Both the position numbers and the translations under genes were made by a program. A DNA stretch of 64,000 nucleotides from Geosiphon pyriformis uo1 (Eukaryota; Fungi; Glomeromycota). Below, one piece after another: positions 51,771-64,000 of the stretch. Within the stretch, counting starts at the first letter, position 1; the number at the start of each line of letters is the position of its first letter. The stretch covers positions 145,258 through 209,257 of the forward strand of contig JAAOMT010000047.1 in assembly GCA_016748015.1 (NCBI GenBank), given 5' to 3'. The notes under the pieces are model-generated. The model saw only the letters and a program-made list of their open reading frames with translations. It was not told the DNA's origin and searched no databases.

Positions 51771-53784
51771 TAATTTAAATATATAATTTTATGAATTCAG
51801 TTAAATTTTAGTTTTTATTATATCACAATGTGAATAAGTAGAGGTATTAGAATGATTTAAAAATGAAAATAGGCTCACATGGATGTGTAATATATTATTT
51901 TATTAAAGTGTTATTATTAAAGCCATTCAAAATTATTTTACAGAATGAACAGCTGAGGCTAATATTTTATGGAAAAATGGCCAGTATCTAATATCAATTT
52001 GAATTAAATGTCTCTTAAATTAATGTGAAGAGCATTTTATTATTAACGTTAACTTCAGTACATCAAATTAATAAAGATGAATTGAGAAATTTCATTACTA
52101 AAGTAAGTAATTTGGCTATTTTCATTTTTGGATCTTAAAGCACACATATCATTGAATGATCACTGTTGCAAAATGAAGTGACAGTTTTAAAATTTAAAAT
52201 AAGAATAAATACTTAATCAAAAATAGATAAGGTACATATAGCTATTAAATGAATTTTGATATAATTAAAAAGATAAAGAATACAAGTCTTAATATATTTA
52301 ATGCTGCAAAAATAATTTTATAAAAAATTATCAAGAGATCTTTTTAAAATTTTGTCTTGCTTATTATAAAATTGGTATTATAATCCAAAAATTCTATATA
52401 TATATATATACAATATATTGAAGAAAATTCCCTCAAGTTTAATAATAATAATAATATAAAATAAAATAAAAACTTATTTTTAATTTTTGTGTTGGTTTGT
52501 AAAACACATATAAACAGTAAAAATTTTTAGCTTTTTCCAATTTTAACCACAAAATTTTATAATAATATTATATGTTTTTAGCATTAAAAGAGGTTATATA
52601 ATAATAAAAAACAATTATAACCAAAGAAACTGATTTTAAAGCACATAAATTTTTTAATAATAAATATTACACAAATAATTTCTTTATTATTCAAAGTTGC
52701 TATCTTTAACTAAAGAATTGTGAAAATTCTCAAGCTTAAAATATTTGATATTAAATTTTTTGGAATATTAATAATTAAACCCTTTCATATTCTATTTTTC
52801 AAGTAAAATATTTTAAGTTTATAATATAAATTCAAAATAATAAAGTTTTGATTAAATAATATATGGAAAATAAATAAAAACTATTATTTTATTCAATTTA
52901 TGTTTTTGGTGGAAAATTTTCAGTGTTCTGGTTTTTCATTGATTTTGCTTAAAGATATTCAATTCATCTATCACCATGGTTTTGGAAATAAAAATTAATA
53001 AAATTTTTTTAAATTTTAAAGAATTCAGATTTCTTATTATGGTTTATTTTTTCCTTTTTTTTACACGCCTATGTAAAATTTTAAATGGTTTTTAAATATT
53101 AAAATATTATAGGTTATCCCAAGAAACTATATAAAAAGAACCACTTTCGAGGAATTTTAAATGAGAAGTCTATGGATGTTCGGGGGTCTAGTTTTTGTTT
53201 GGTGATTTTAGTAAAAAAAACCATGTATCATGATACTACATAGATTATTAACAAAAGTATTGATTTTAATAATTCATGTTCCTTTGTTCCGAATAACTTG
53301 GCTAAAGGCTTTTCATATTCCTATTCATATTAATTGAGACAGTTCGTTGTTAAATTTAAGCAATTTGCTTATCAACAATATAGCATCTTGCAAACATCAT
53401 TTTTAGAGGAATTCCAGTAACCAAGGTTTGAAATCTTATGATAAAACTTTATTTATTGTAACTTTATTTATTCTTAATTTTGTTTTATTCTTGCTCCTAA
53501 TTATCTTAATAAAATCCCTATTTTGGGACATTCAGTGGTTTCAAGTTTTGATAATACGCCACGTCATTAGACCCTTGAATAATTGGTATGTGGAAAACTA
53601 CGTGTGCATAAACAACTTCGCTTCGCCACAACATCGTTACGCTATTTTTATAAATCACATTAAAGCATCACTTTTTAATGATAAAAACTAATAAGGGGGC
53701 TTTCGGATTGAATTACTAATTTTTTTATTCATAAATGGATCTCGATTGAGGAATGCGAAGAAACTATCACATCGAAATACTGCC

Positions 53785-53885
53785 AAAGTATAAACGGTGA
53801 AATAGTGGCACTTGCCATGAAATGCTTAAAAAAGCCTATCAAATGACAGCAGCTCTTGAATTTGTCAAACAAGCCATTAATGTTA
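53785..53885 (+). mobile_element. Possible tiny hAT transposase relic
   Basis: KR*NSGTCHEMLKKAYQMTAALEFV resembles the hAT RWNST-x-x-ML-x-RA motif; short and degenerate. Confidence 0.3.
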
Positions 53886-55730
53886 AAATAAAATTTTTGA
53901 ATTTTGAATTATCTAAATTGATTAATAATGTCACAATTGTTTTATATGATCAGTAAAAGAAATTCATTATTTTCAAAATATTTCCTAAACAATTCTAATT
54001 TGGTTGGTGAAAGAATTTTTTTTGTTGTAAACTTTATATGTTAGTAAAAGCTAAATTTGAGGAAATGATTTTTTGGAAAATTCTTTTTTTTTTTAAAGTT
54101 ATAGGAATTTCTTTTTCGAATGCATAAAAAAATACTTTAAAATCTCATAATTTTTTTTGAAAATACAATTTTAAGATTTTCGCATTAAATAAAGGTGTTC
54201 GCCATGCGAAAAAGTTTATTGGAAAATTCAGTTTCTTGAAAGTGTAAATTTTAATATTCAATTGGGTCAATGTTTGTTTTTAATGCTTCAAAACAATGAT
54301 CCATGAAGTTAATTTTATGGTTTCTTTATTATCCTAATTTGGAAGCATTATTGCAAATTCTTTCCTAACTTGAGCTTCATTTTTCTGATATAATTTCCCC
54401 AAAAGTCCTCGAAAATTTTCTACGGCTAGTGAGCTAAATTTATTCTCACTTTAACAAAACCTGATTTTTGAATAGCATTAAATGATTAGTTTGCTCAGAT
54501 TTTAAAAAATTTAAAGACTTTAAAATATTTCTCCCAAAATTTTTTTGATTATTTCTTGAAATTTATTAGATTAGAATTAGAAATAAAGTGTTTTCCTTTA
54601 AGATAAAGGAAACGATTGCTGTCGAAACATGAATTTATTTATTTAAACAAGCGTTTTTAATCATCTAGTTCATATTTTTAATTATTAAAATAAAAATTTT
54701 GAGCAATGAATTTACTAAAAAATTGTGTTTCAGACTGCTAAAGTCAAAATTGTTAAATTTTCTCATACTTTAAAACGAATGCTTTTGAATTATCAATGAA
54801 AAATATACTTTAAATTTTTATTTTTTTACAATAACAGATTTTCTCATGTTAAAGCTTTACAAATCAAACTTAATTTATTATACTGTGCCATGTCTCTAAG
54901 TAATTTATTTCATAAAAAAACGTGGTTTAAGTTAAGGCACTATATAATAATAAAATTTTCACACAATGCTATCTTTGAAAATTACGGTTGTTAATGAGGA
55001 AACACAATGTCAACCATATCAAATTTCTTTACCTGAAACTGGATGCCCTAATCAAAAAAGATAATCCTAACACAGATTTATTGATTTACTGCATTTACAG
55101 AAAACGTGGCTAAATCGTGTCCCAACATGGAATTGATAATTTAAGCACTGCAATTCATCCCATTATAGGTAACTCATTTTTAATACGGAGAAAAATGTAT
55201 AGGAGAATAATACTAAACCTAGAATTACCAAGGTTTACTTTGTGCAACATTTTATTATTTACGATGATAGAGAAACTAATTTTTTGTCATACGTTTATAA
55301 TTGGACAATAAGTATCACGAAATGCAAATTTAGCAATTACTATTGTTGAAATCAACCTTCAACTACAATAGCAATAAGATTTTCGAGCAGTTGATTTATA
55401 TTGTTAAAATATAACTTTGAATCGTTACCAAAAGTTTACGAATTATAAAACCATGCGTTCCAGTTCAAGAAACAGGACAATAGCATGGTTTTGTGATAGT
55501 TAACCTGAAAAAATTGCCATATAAACGACCGCGAGAAAATGGGTTTTGAACCAGAACAGAAAAGCAACTAAAAAATATAATCAAAAGTAAAATTAAAATT
55601 CACTTTAAAAAAAGTATACCAACCAGAGAAAAAATTTTCCGAGTTTTGAAAACCTGAAAAATAATTTTTAAATTTAACAAAATTTCAATATAAAAACACA
55701 TTTTACCTTCTTAATCAATTTCAATTCAAA

Positions 55731-56228
55731 ATGCCTACCACTTCTTCAATCCTCACAAATGATCAATGCGTCCCAGAATTCGAAAATATGCTTGTTTCCA
55801 ATTTGAATCATGATCATTCACAAATGATTAACGAAATTCCAATCACCTATTACCTCGAAAAACTTCACGAATTAGGACCTTCTTTTTTCGGTGATAAATT
55901 AACAGCATTTGCCGAATTAAATATTGAGGGAATCGACGCTCCTTTCTACGTTCACAAAGAATACTTGGTCGTACAATCACTTTTCTTTCGTGAAATTTTT
56001 CAAAATATAAATGATGGTGATAAAGTGACGATATCTATTCCATCACCCGAGACATTTGCCCCAATCTTGGAATTTTTGTATGATGGTGATGCCCAAAAGT
56101 GGTATAACTCTATTACAATGAACAATTATTACAGCGTTTGGCAGAATGTTGAGTTCCTTGAGTTGACCACTGAAATTAAAGACATTTGTCTTACATTTTA
56201 TCAAAATGAAATTGAACCAAGAAAGTAA
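55731..56228 (+). CDS. Stand-alone BTB/POZ domain protein (165 aa)
   Basis: FYVHKEYLVVQSLFFREIF...ISIPSPETFAPILEFLYDG...VWQNVEFLEL...ICL is a BTB fold signature. Intronless, with TATAAA upstream near 55520. Confidence 0.88.
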   Translation: MPTTSSILTNDQCVPEFENMLVSNLNHDHSQMINEIPITYYLEKLHELGPSFFGDKLTAFAELNIEGIDAPFYVHKEYLVVQSLFFREIFQNINDGDKVTISIPSPETFAPILEFLYDGDAQKWYNSITMNNYYSVWQNVEFLELTTEIKDICLTFYQNEIEPRK

Positions 56229-56258
56229 AACAAAATCTTGAACCAATTTTATTATTAC

Positions 56259-56259
<1 letters not shown>

Positions 56260-56321
<62 letters not shown>
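56260..56321. repeat. (ATT)n microsatellite just 3' of the BTB gene
   Basis: About 20 ATT units observed directly. Confidence 0.95.
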
Positions 56322-57986
56322 CATCATTTATTATTGCCATTCTCATGTGTTATTGGATAAATACGAATAGTCCAACTGGTTGGAGTTACTTATATATTTA
56401 TAATGTATATTATTTGCTTACTCTTTTTATTTTATTTTTAATTTGCTACGGAAAAGTACTTGCACTTTATCAAATTACAGCTATTTTTCATTTTAATATT
56501 GATCACTTTTCGAAAAACCATCTATCAAAAATGTACATTTTTAATGATAACAATTAAAACTCTAAGCCTAAAATTTTTGTACAAAATTTTAATTTCTAAG
56601 CTTTTTTTTTTTAACATACCACAAGATTTTAAAACCAACAAATTAACATGCATGTAAAATAACTCTTTAAATTCCACATTTTTATATATATATATATAAA
56701 TAAAGAAAAATCGAAAATCGTGAAGAAATATTAAAAAATTTAATTACTACTACTCTGAATCATCTCATAATGAGAAACTTTTTAAAAAATAATTGAATCA
56801 TTTCATTTAGAAATATATATTTTTTTATTATTTCTATTAATGCAATCTATTTAAAAAATGAAAAAACAAATGTGATGTTCATTTTGAACGACCTTCGATT
56901 CAGCAAATATCCAGAGGTTTGTATTTTCAAATTTAAATTTTTCAAATTTTTATTTTGATTAAAAGTCATGTTAAGATATCTTGTCAAAAATATGAGTTCA
57001 CTGCCCAGCAGTTATTTGGTATGAAAAATTTAAAATTTAAAATAAATTTACTAATTAATATTTTTCTTATGACCATGGTAACTTTCCGACCATATCAGCT
57101 ATTAAATATTATGTAAATCTTTTTCAAGGTTTTCCAATTGGCTTTTTGTTTAAAAGAAATTTGTATCTCTATAGAAATAACTGCAATTTTCTAATTAAAA
57201 TAAGTTTAAATAAATATAAAAGGCAACATTTTTTAAGTTAAAGATTATTAAAAGAAATTTCTAAAAATTAAAGTTCCATATTGAGATAATTGAGCATGAC
57301 ACTCTTTTATATAATTAATTTTTTTTTAATGTTACTGAACCCCGATCTAAAGTTGAACGGCAGCAAACATGAAAAATGAATAATTAATTTAAACTCTTAC
57401 CAAAAATAGTGATATTTAATAATAAATGCAAAGAAATTAATCATAATTAATTTCACAAAAATCTTAAAAAAACACCATCGCCCTTAAACAATTGCGTTTG
57501 GGACCGACATATTTCAAATTCGGAGAAAAAACAAACGACTCGCAATCATTAAAGTAATTAATGATTTTTAACAGCTATGTTTATCCCGGAAAAACGTCGG
57601 AAAAGGTTTATCGTTAATATGAGAAAATCGAACATTGTACAGAGAAGGTAGCTCGACCTGGATTCTTTTTTTTGAAAATCGAAAACAAAAACATGTAATA
57701 AAATGTAAATAATTACCAAATTGCTTTGTAAATCTTGGCTTTAGGAAGAGAAAAAGACAATTAATTCTATAATAGTCTATGTAGAAGGTTTAGTTTAAAG
57801 AAAGTCTTGCATTAATCAGGCCGAAATACTTTCTTATATAACACTTTTCAGGTAGGGGTTGACAAATTGAAATTTCTACTTAATCAACGTGGTTTTGTTT
57901 TCACTTTTTGATCCGAGAGTCTTTAATACTTGAAAATCTATTAAAATACATAGATAAAAAAACTTGAAAGAAAAAATTTTTCCAAA

Positions 57987-58571
57987 ATGAATTTCTTTTC
58001 CTGGTGCTTTTCCTGTCAAAATCTTGACGAAGATATCATTGAGACAGTTCCACTACTCCAAAATCACCAACCTCAAAATGTCCCACAACGACAACTTCAA
58101 TATCGGATACCAAGTCCAAATATCTGGCATAAAGTGACCTCGTCAAATTCTTTACCCAACATCGACATGGACGGCCATCACAATAACATAATGATACCTT
58201 ACCATTCCTTCCAAACCGGTCCTATCCCAATTTCCAGCAAAACAAAAGACCAATGGAACACTCGACAATTTTTCCTTTGTCTTTTAACGGCAGACCAAGG
58301 GTTTTCTGCGTATTATCATAAACTCGGGTGGTATTATCGATATGGTATTGGAACTCCAAGGGATGATGTGAAAGCTTTTCATTGGTATAAAAAATCCGCC
58401 GAATCTGGCGATAAATTAGGTAGAGTATCGTTAACTCAGTGCTATAAAGGTGGTATCGGGACGAAGAAAGATATGCATCAGGCTTTTAGATGGTACCAAA
58501 AAACTCAAGAATGTTTGACCCGGTGGATGGATGAAAGTCTCAGAATTACGATTTTTGGGTCACTCAATTAA
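57987..58571 (+). CDS. Sel1-like repeat protein (194 aa)
   Basis: Two Sel1 repeats: LGWYYRYGIGTPRDDVKAFHWYKKSAESG and LTQCYKGGIGTKKDMHQAFRWYQK. Confidence 0.88.
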   Translation: MNFFSWCFSCQNLDEDIIETVPLLQNHQPQNVPQRQLQYRIPSPNIWHKVTSSNSLPNIDMDGHHNNIMIPYHSFQTGPIPISSKTKDQWNTRQFFLCLLTADQGFSAYYHKLGWYYRYGIGTPRDDVKAFHWYKKSAESGDKLGRVSLTQCYKGGIGTKKDMHQAFRWYQKTQECLTRWMDESLRITIFGSLN

Positions 58572-59529
58572 ATTTATAAGAGTTTGAACATTATATCGTA
58601 CATTTTGTTGATTGTACATTTTATTTGGAATAATGATGGTTAATATTTTTAATTTTTAAATTAATTAATTAATTAATTAATTAATCAATTTAATTTATTT
58701 ATTTATTTTTATTTCGAGAAAATTATGAATTCAAAATATTCCTGAAAACTTTCCATTCTTCTTTAAAATATAAATCAAGTTATTTTTCAATATTATTTTT
58801 CTTCAAAAATTCCCTTGCTATTACGATTCAACAATTCAATTATATAAAATTGGTAAACCCAGTTTTTTCTAGACAAATTACTGTAGGGGTATACGAGTCA
58901 GAGAAAGCAGTGTATATATATGTATTACTGAAATCAAATTAGGTGAAACACGATGTGTTGTATAGTTTTGATGAGCTCTAAAATTTCCCTCCATCTATTT
59001 TCCAATTAAACTTTCAGTTTCTATGATCGATGGGCATACAAGTTAAATTATTTTTATCGAATGGGAATTAATGGTTTTTTCAAATTCAAAATTTTTAATG
59101 CATATCGTGACCTCCAAGTTGGTGATCAAAGCGTAACCGATCACCAGGTAATTGATTATGATGTTCGCTTTAGCAACGTAATGAAATTTGAGAATCAATC
59201 CGAAAATATATTTCACATAAACCCTCAAAATGATCTTTAAATAACCAATCTCTTAAACTACAATGAAAGCTTTTATTCAACATCAAAAACAATACTCTTG
59301 ATCAAGAATTCTTGAAATCTCCTAATCACGAAATCAGAAACACAATTTGAGGTAAATAGAAAACAAATTAAAAGAACATTAATTGAATCACTGATCAATT
59401 TTCATCAAAGTTGTTATCTACAAAATGAAAAGACTGTTCGTTTCTTAAAATCAACAATTTTAATATACAGTTTCCTATCAATCTTCTTTGTTTTTTATGA
59501 TTGGAAGTAGTAAATCACCCACCTTTACA

Positions 59530-60570
59530 TCAAACCTGTAACCACCCAATACTCTCGATTAGCTTAATACCATAAGATCCCACTTGCTCCAATATCCAAT
59601 AAGAGTTTCTTGGACGTTTGGCTACAGATTTTTCCTCGTCATCATCATCATCATCATCATCATCATCAGGAATAATTTTTCTTTTACGATGTCGTTGTCG
59701 TAAAAGTGAAGGACTCCTAATAGTAATTTTTTTCGTTTCAGTTACGGTAGTGGTGATGATTGATTTTTCAGGTGTTGTGGCCGTAGTGATCAGTGTATCT
59801 GTTATGGTCCTAATGGAAATAGGATAAGTATTTCTGCCATTAGATTGTGTTAATGCTGTTATATTTGATGAATCAATCGGGTTCATGGTGTTAAATGAGT
59901 TTAATAAAATTGAATCTTCATCTTCAAGATCCATGGAATATTCATTTTGATGGGAATGAAGAGGAGTTGAAGAGAAGCGTGATGATTTTAAAGAAGAGAT
60001 TTTGATCGGCAATTTATCAGAAGTGGATATTCGTAATATTTTGGATTGTGGTAAGGTTAGCGGTTGTGGCATCAATGATGGTAAAGTTGATACTGATGAT
60101 GGTAAGGGTGGCTTTGATGAAGCTGATGATGATAATGGTGGCAATGCGGCTGGTGGAGGTGTTGCTGATGTTGAAGTTACATTAATTTTTGGAATTATAG
60201 GTGGTGCATTAGAACCAAAAATTGGAGGTGGGATTTTGCCACCTTTTTTGGTGCTTTTGCGTTCACCCTCCCAACCATCCGCCCATTTCCAATTCTCATT
60301 TTGCATTGGCGGTATACAAGATCCGTAGTTATCCCACTTGCCGCTCGGGAATTTACGCCGTATGTAAGGCGTGGGCACCGACAGGCGCCGGTAAGAGCCT
60401 AAATGATCACTGCACAAACAGATTTGCATTTTGCTCTGCTCTGGGCCAGAAATCATAAATCTATTAGTAGAAAATGTTTTGCATCGTTCTCTCCCATTGT
60501 GGGTTAGAGCAGCACAGCGGTAGGCCGTTTTGGTTGCGGTTTTTTGGAGGCTTGAGTAGCCTTTAGGCAT
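59530..60570 (-). CDS. Hypothetical largely disordered protein (~346 aa) with N-terminal Cys/His motif and basic/acidic C-terminal patches
   Basis: Long GC-elevated ORF; likely ATG at 60570 (MPKGYSS). Features: RCAALTHNGRERC...CLCSDH, a Pro/Ser-rich middle, RQRHRKRK, a D10 run and AKRPR. Confidence 0.75.
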   Translation of the reverse strand: MPKGYSSLQKTATKTAYRCAALTHNGRERCKTFSTNRFMISGPEQSKMQICLCSDHLGSYRRLSVPTPYIRRKFPSGKWDNYGSCIPPMQNENWKWADGWEGERKSTKKGGKIPPPIFGSNAPPIIPKINVTSTSATPPPAALPPLSSSASSKPPLPSSVSTLPSLMPQPLTLPQSKILRISTSDKLPIKISSLKSSRFSSTPLHSHQNEYSMDLEDEDSILLNSFNTMNPIDSSNITALTQSNGRNTYPISIRTITDTLITTATTPEKSIITTTVTETKKITIRSPSLLRQRHRKRKIIPDDDDDDDDDDEEKSVAKRPRNSYWILEQVGSYGIKLIESIGWLQV

Positions 60571-61513
60571 GATGAGAGAGTAATAGTGGTAATTAGAGTG
60601 ATAGTAATATTTGAAAGTTATTTTGGTTGATAAATTGAAGTGTCCATAAGTCAACAGTTTTTCCTCCAATCAAATCAAATGAAATTTGATCCTTGCCAGG
60701 AAATGTAGATTAATCAGGGTCCCGACTCTGATTTTCATAGCCTGGGTGTTTTGATACCCTAATTGAGATTTGATTAACCTGAGGCTTGCGAAAGCTAATA
60801 GTTGTTGTTCTGGATCACAAGACAAGATTGTTAAATCCCCCGTTTTCTATTAATGATTTAAAAAAAAAACGTATTTTAAATATAAATATTTCATTCTTGA
60901 AAGCTATTTTTTAAGTTCTGTGTCAATATAGGAGTAATACAAAAAATTTTGATTAGATAATCCTTTTTTTTTTTGTTTTTTGCATCTACGTGATTTCTGA
61001 AATTTTATTCCATACTAATTCAAACCTTTTTTTTGATTACCAATCGGCCTTCTCCTAGGCTTATCAGGTCCCTTATATTTTACGAGAAGCTAATTTTCAT
61101 TCGGAACAAAAAAATCGATCTCACTATTTAAAATGCTTTGTAATCCGTACGGACAAGTCTGAGCTTAAGTGATCGATGCATTTAAAGATTAGAAAGGGTT
61201 GAAACCTGCCAAATACTACGGTTTTACATCGATACTTGGAAAAGAATTGTTTGATTTAGCCTAGATCAAAGACGAAAATCATGGGCGTTTATATGGGACG
61301 AAAAGCATGCGCGAATATTTTCATATTTTTATATTACTAAAGAAAATTAGTCCAAAAGAGGAAAATATCTGGCGCTTTTCTTTTGCCCCTTCAGGTTTTA
61401 ATTTTATTTATGTATATATCGTAGACGTTTGTGAAATCTAAATAAATAATACCTCATTTTTCATTTTTATTTTCAATAGCTAACTTGTACTTTACAATCA
61501 CCTTTTTTCAAAT

Positions 61514-62367
61514 ATGTTAAATAATCGTTTTATTGGCTTTTATTTAAGCCTCTTTTTATTCTTATTTTCCATAAGATTTGCTGAGGTTTTTGTGAAAGGA
61601 GAAAGACGAAGGTTTGTTGATATTCATTTAAATATATAATCAAAAAATTTTATTAACTTTTTTTATTTTATAGCCTCTCTTCAGAGAAAATTGAAATCAA
61701 AACCATTAATACCACCACCGCTACGTCTAACGCTACCAACACCACTACGTCTACCGCTACCATCACCGCTACGTCTAACGCTACCAACACCACTACGTCT
61801 ACCGCTACAATCACCGCTACATCTACCGCTAGTCTGATAACTGCTATCGCACCCAAAATCACAAGTACAAAGGTTTCAGCATCTTTGAATGGTCCGAATA
61901 AAGCGAATGGCAATCAATATTACGGTCCTTGGACAAGTAGTAGAGGAGGCATTATTTGGTAATCAATTGCAGTATAGAGAATGAATATTAATTTAATTGA
62001 ACTAAAATATTATATGTATTTAAAGGGGCAAGAAGGGAAAACGAGATCTTAACATTGGGTAAGAATAATTTTTTAATTACATTTATTTTGCAAAATCGTA
62101 TCTCGAGTTAAAAAACTTAATTTCATATTTCTTTAAAACAGTCAAGTAACACCAACTTCGGATTCACCGCTATCATCATCGAATATTTTAACCAGTGCAT
62201 CTTTTTCAACGCAAATGTCAAAACCAAATTCTGCCAAACCAACCTCTGTTTCCCTTGGAACTACTAAATTTAATCTCATTAATTTTCAATTGGTTCTGTA
62301 TTTTGGAATTGGGATTATGAGTTGTGTATGTTTCTGCTCATTCGAGTATATTTGGGAAAAGAATTAA
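61514..62367 (+). CDS. Secreted / membrane-tethered Thr-rich protein with KR-microexon, paralog B (missed by the ORF track)
   Basis: Exons 61514-61611, 61674-61958, 62026-62058 (33 nt), 62142-62367. Protein: MLNNRFIGFYLSLFLFLFSIRFAEVFVKGERRS...(TATSNATNTTTSTATI)x2...NGNQYYGPWTSSRGGIIW|GKKGKRDLNIG|QVTPTSDS...KFNLINFQLVLYFGIGIMSCVCFCSFEYIWEKN*. Confidence 0.8.
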
Positions 62368-63269
62368 CATGAAATTAAAATATTTATAAAAAAAAAAACA
62401 GTAAATAATATTGGTTTTAAAATGTAATTTTTTGATATTTAAAATAACAAGCTTAGATTTACAATGTAGAATAATATGATTTTAAATTAGTAGAATTTAT
62501 GTCATTTCATGTAACAATCATTCAGAATATTGATTTGAGTAGCTTTTAACTCTGAAATGCTCACTAATAATTTTATGAGATCTTATCAAATGTCAAGATT
62601 AATTTATATATAAACATTGTTTTTTGATTTAAAATGTTAACATTCAAAATAATATATTTCGTATAAGAACAGTATATTTTGAAAACGATTTTCAACGTCA
62701 ATTTCACATAATCAACAGAAATAAAATAAAGATTCGTGTAAATTAAAAACAGTTATATTATATATTCACCCAGAAATTAAAACTCTTAAACTTCTCATGA
62801 TTCATTTGATTTTCTTTATTTTCAACACTTGAAAATCATGAAACATTTTTTTTTATAAAAGATTTGAAGGTTTACTAAAAAATTTGTGATTTTAAACTGA
62901 TTTTGATCATAAATTTATGAATTTATTATTATTTTTGAGAAAATATCTAAAAAAATAATTCAATTGATAAATAAATAAATATTATATTTTTAACCTTTTT
63001 TTTAATGTAATAAATTTTTAAATTGCAAAGAAATTGAAATTAAATCTTGTTACAATAGTCGAAAAAAGTTTATACAATTAAATTCAAGAATTATATTGTC
63101 TAAAAATTCTTTTAATTAATTTTAACTGGAATTCTCTGATTTATAATTTTTGTATATTTAAATATATCATTAATTTTTTATGTTTGAATTAAATATTGTT
63201 TGAAATCATCTAAAATGATTATTAGTTAAAAATAAATTTACATTTTAAATAAATCTTTCGTCAAAAGAT

Positions 63270-63620
63270 CTATTTTTGTACGCATTTCAAATTCAATAGG
63301 ATTTAGATCTGGAAATTGTGGGGCTAATAAAAAGAACCTCAATATTATTGTGGAAAAAGATCCAAATCAAATCGGTTCAAGTTCCGTTAAAATAATCTAT
63401 TAGTATCTTTCTATTCGCTATTCAAGTTTCCTTCAAATATGACACCCGATTGCCAAATGTCGTGCATTGTAAAACAAATCCATACCATAATACCACTACC
63501 AGTTTCATATTTTGATTTTTTTTATGCATCTCACCATAAATTGTGTTACTAAACCTTTATAAGAAGCAACTTTTTTAAGTAGAATATCTTTCCAAAAAGG
63601 GCACATATTTTTACACGTTT
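63270..63620 (-). mobile_element. Decayed Tc1/mariner transposase fragment
   Basis: The reverse strand gives SGIMVW(I)CF and PQFPDLNPIE, with frameshifts. Confidence 0.65.
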
Positions 63621-64000
63621 TTCTATAGATATATGTAGCACAATAATTTTTTAATGATAAAAAGATTGTTAATCGCACTATTGAGAAATATATTTTAAAA
63701 TTACTTGGATATATAAAAAACTTGCAAAAATTACCACGCCAAAGGCTGAGAAAAAGCTTGAAAGCAGAAACAGTAAGGGAAAGAGTTGCATATTAAATTT
63801 TAAACTTTTAAAAATCGACTATGAATTATTTAAAGTTTTTAATAGTTAAGCTATGATAAATTGATTAAATTTTATAGAATAATAAGACTATTTAGAGATA
63901 TGGGATTTCTTGTATTTTTCATTTTGTTATTTTTAATTTTTAATTCAGCATTAGGATATTATCTAATATAAAAATTATAATTAGAACAAAATTATTTATT

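Noticed and set aside
59120-59149. Small hairpins (tggtgatc/gatcacca here; also ~23774-23804 and ~55448-55494)
   Set aside because: Short or imperfect stems are expected by chance in 64 kb and have no supporting context.
61668-61913. Minus-strand Val/Ala/Asp-rich ORF
   Set aside because: It is the antisense of the Thr-rich exon of paralog B.
63370-63390. tRNA B-box-like GGTTCAAGTTCC
   Set aside because: No cloverleaf or A-box; it lies inside a Tc1 remnant.

Overview
Very AT-rich, intron-containing eukaryotic DNA, most likely from an early-diverging fungus. A Glomeromycotina-like origin is inferred from the kinase pseudogene type and the Sel1 and BTB genes. The ORF track misses most real genes because they are split by short GT-AG introns. 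By manual splicing I can support: the 3' end of a class-3 lipase; a 9-exon geranylgeranyl diphosphate synthase; three paralogous 5-exon single-C2-domain genes interleaved with a 9-exon DUF1399/GRDP-like gene that has two microexons; a secreted Pro/Glu/Lys repeat protein; a probable multi-TM membrane protein; an Ecm33/Sps2-like surface protein; a deleted kinase pseudogene; stand-alone BTB and Sel1 proteins; a disordered hypothetical protein; and two paralogous secreted, membrane-tethered proteins that share a 14-residue YYxPxT...W motif followed by a 33-nt microexon encoding a KR dibasic site. That pair is the most unusual item in the window. Intergenic DNA holds several decayed Tc1/mariner remnants, a ~3.5 kb foldback-like long inverted repeat, dispersed repeats and microsatellites. 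I found no rRNA, tRNA or CRISPR features. All exon structures are hand-predicted and no database searches were run.
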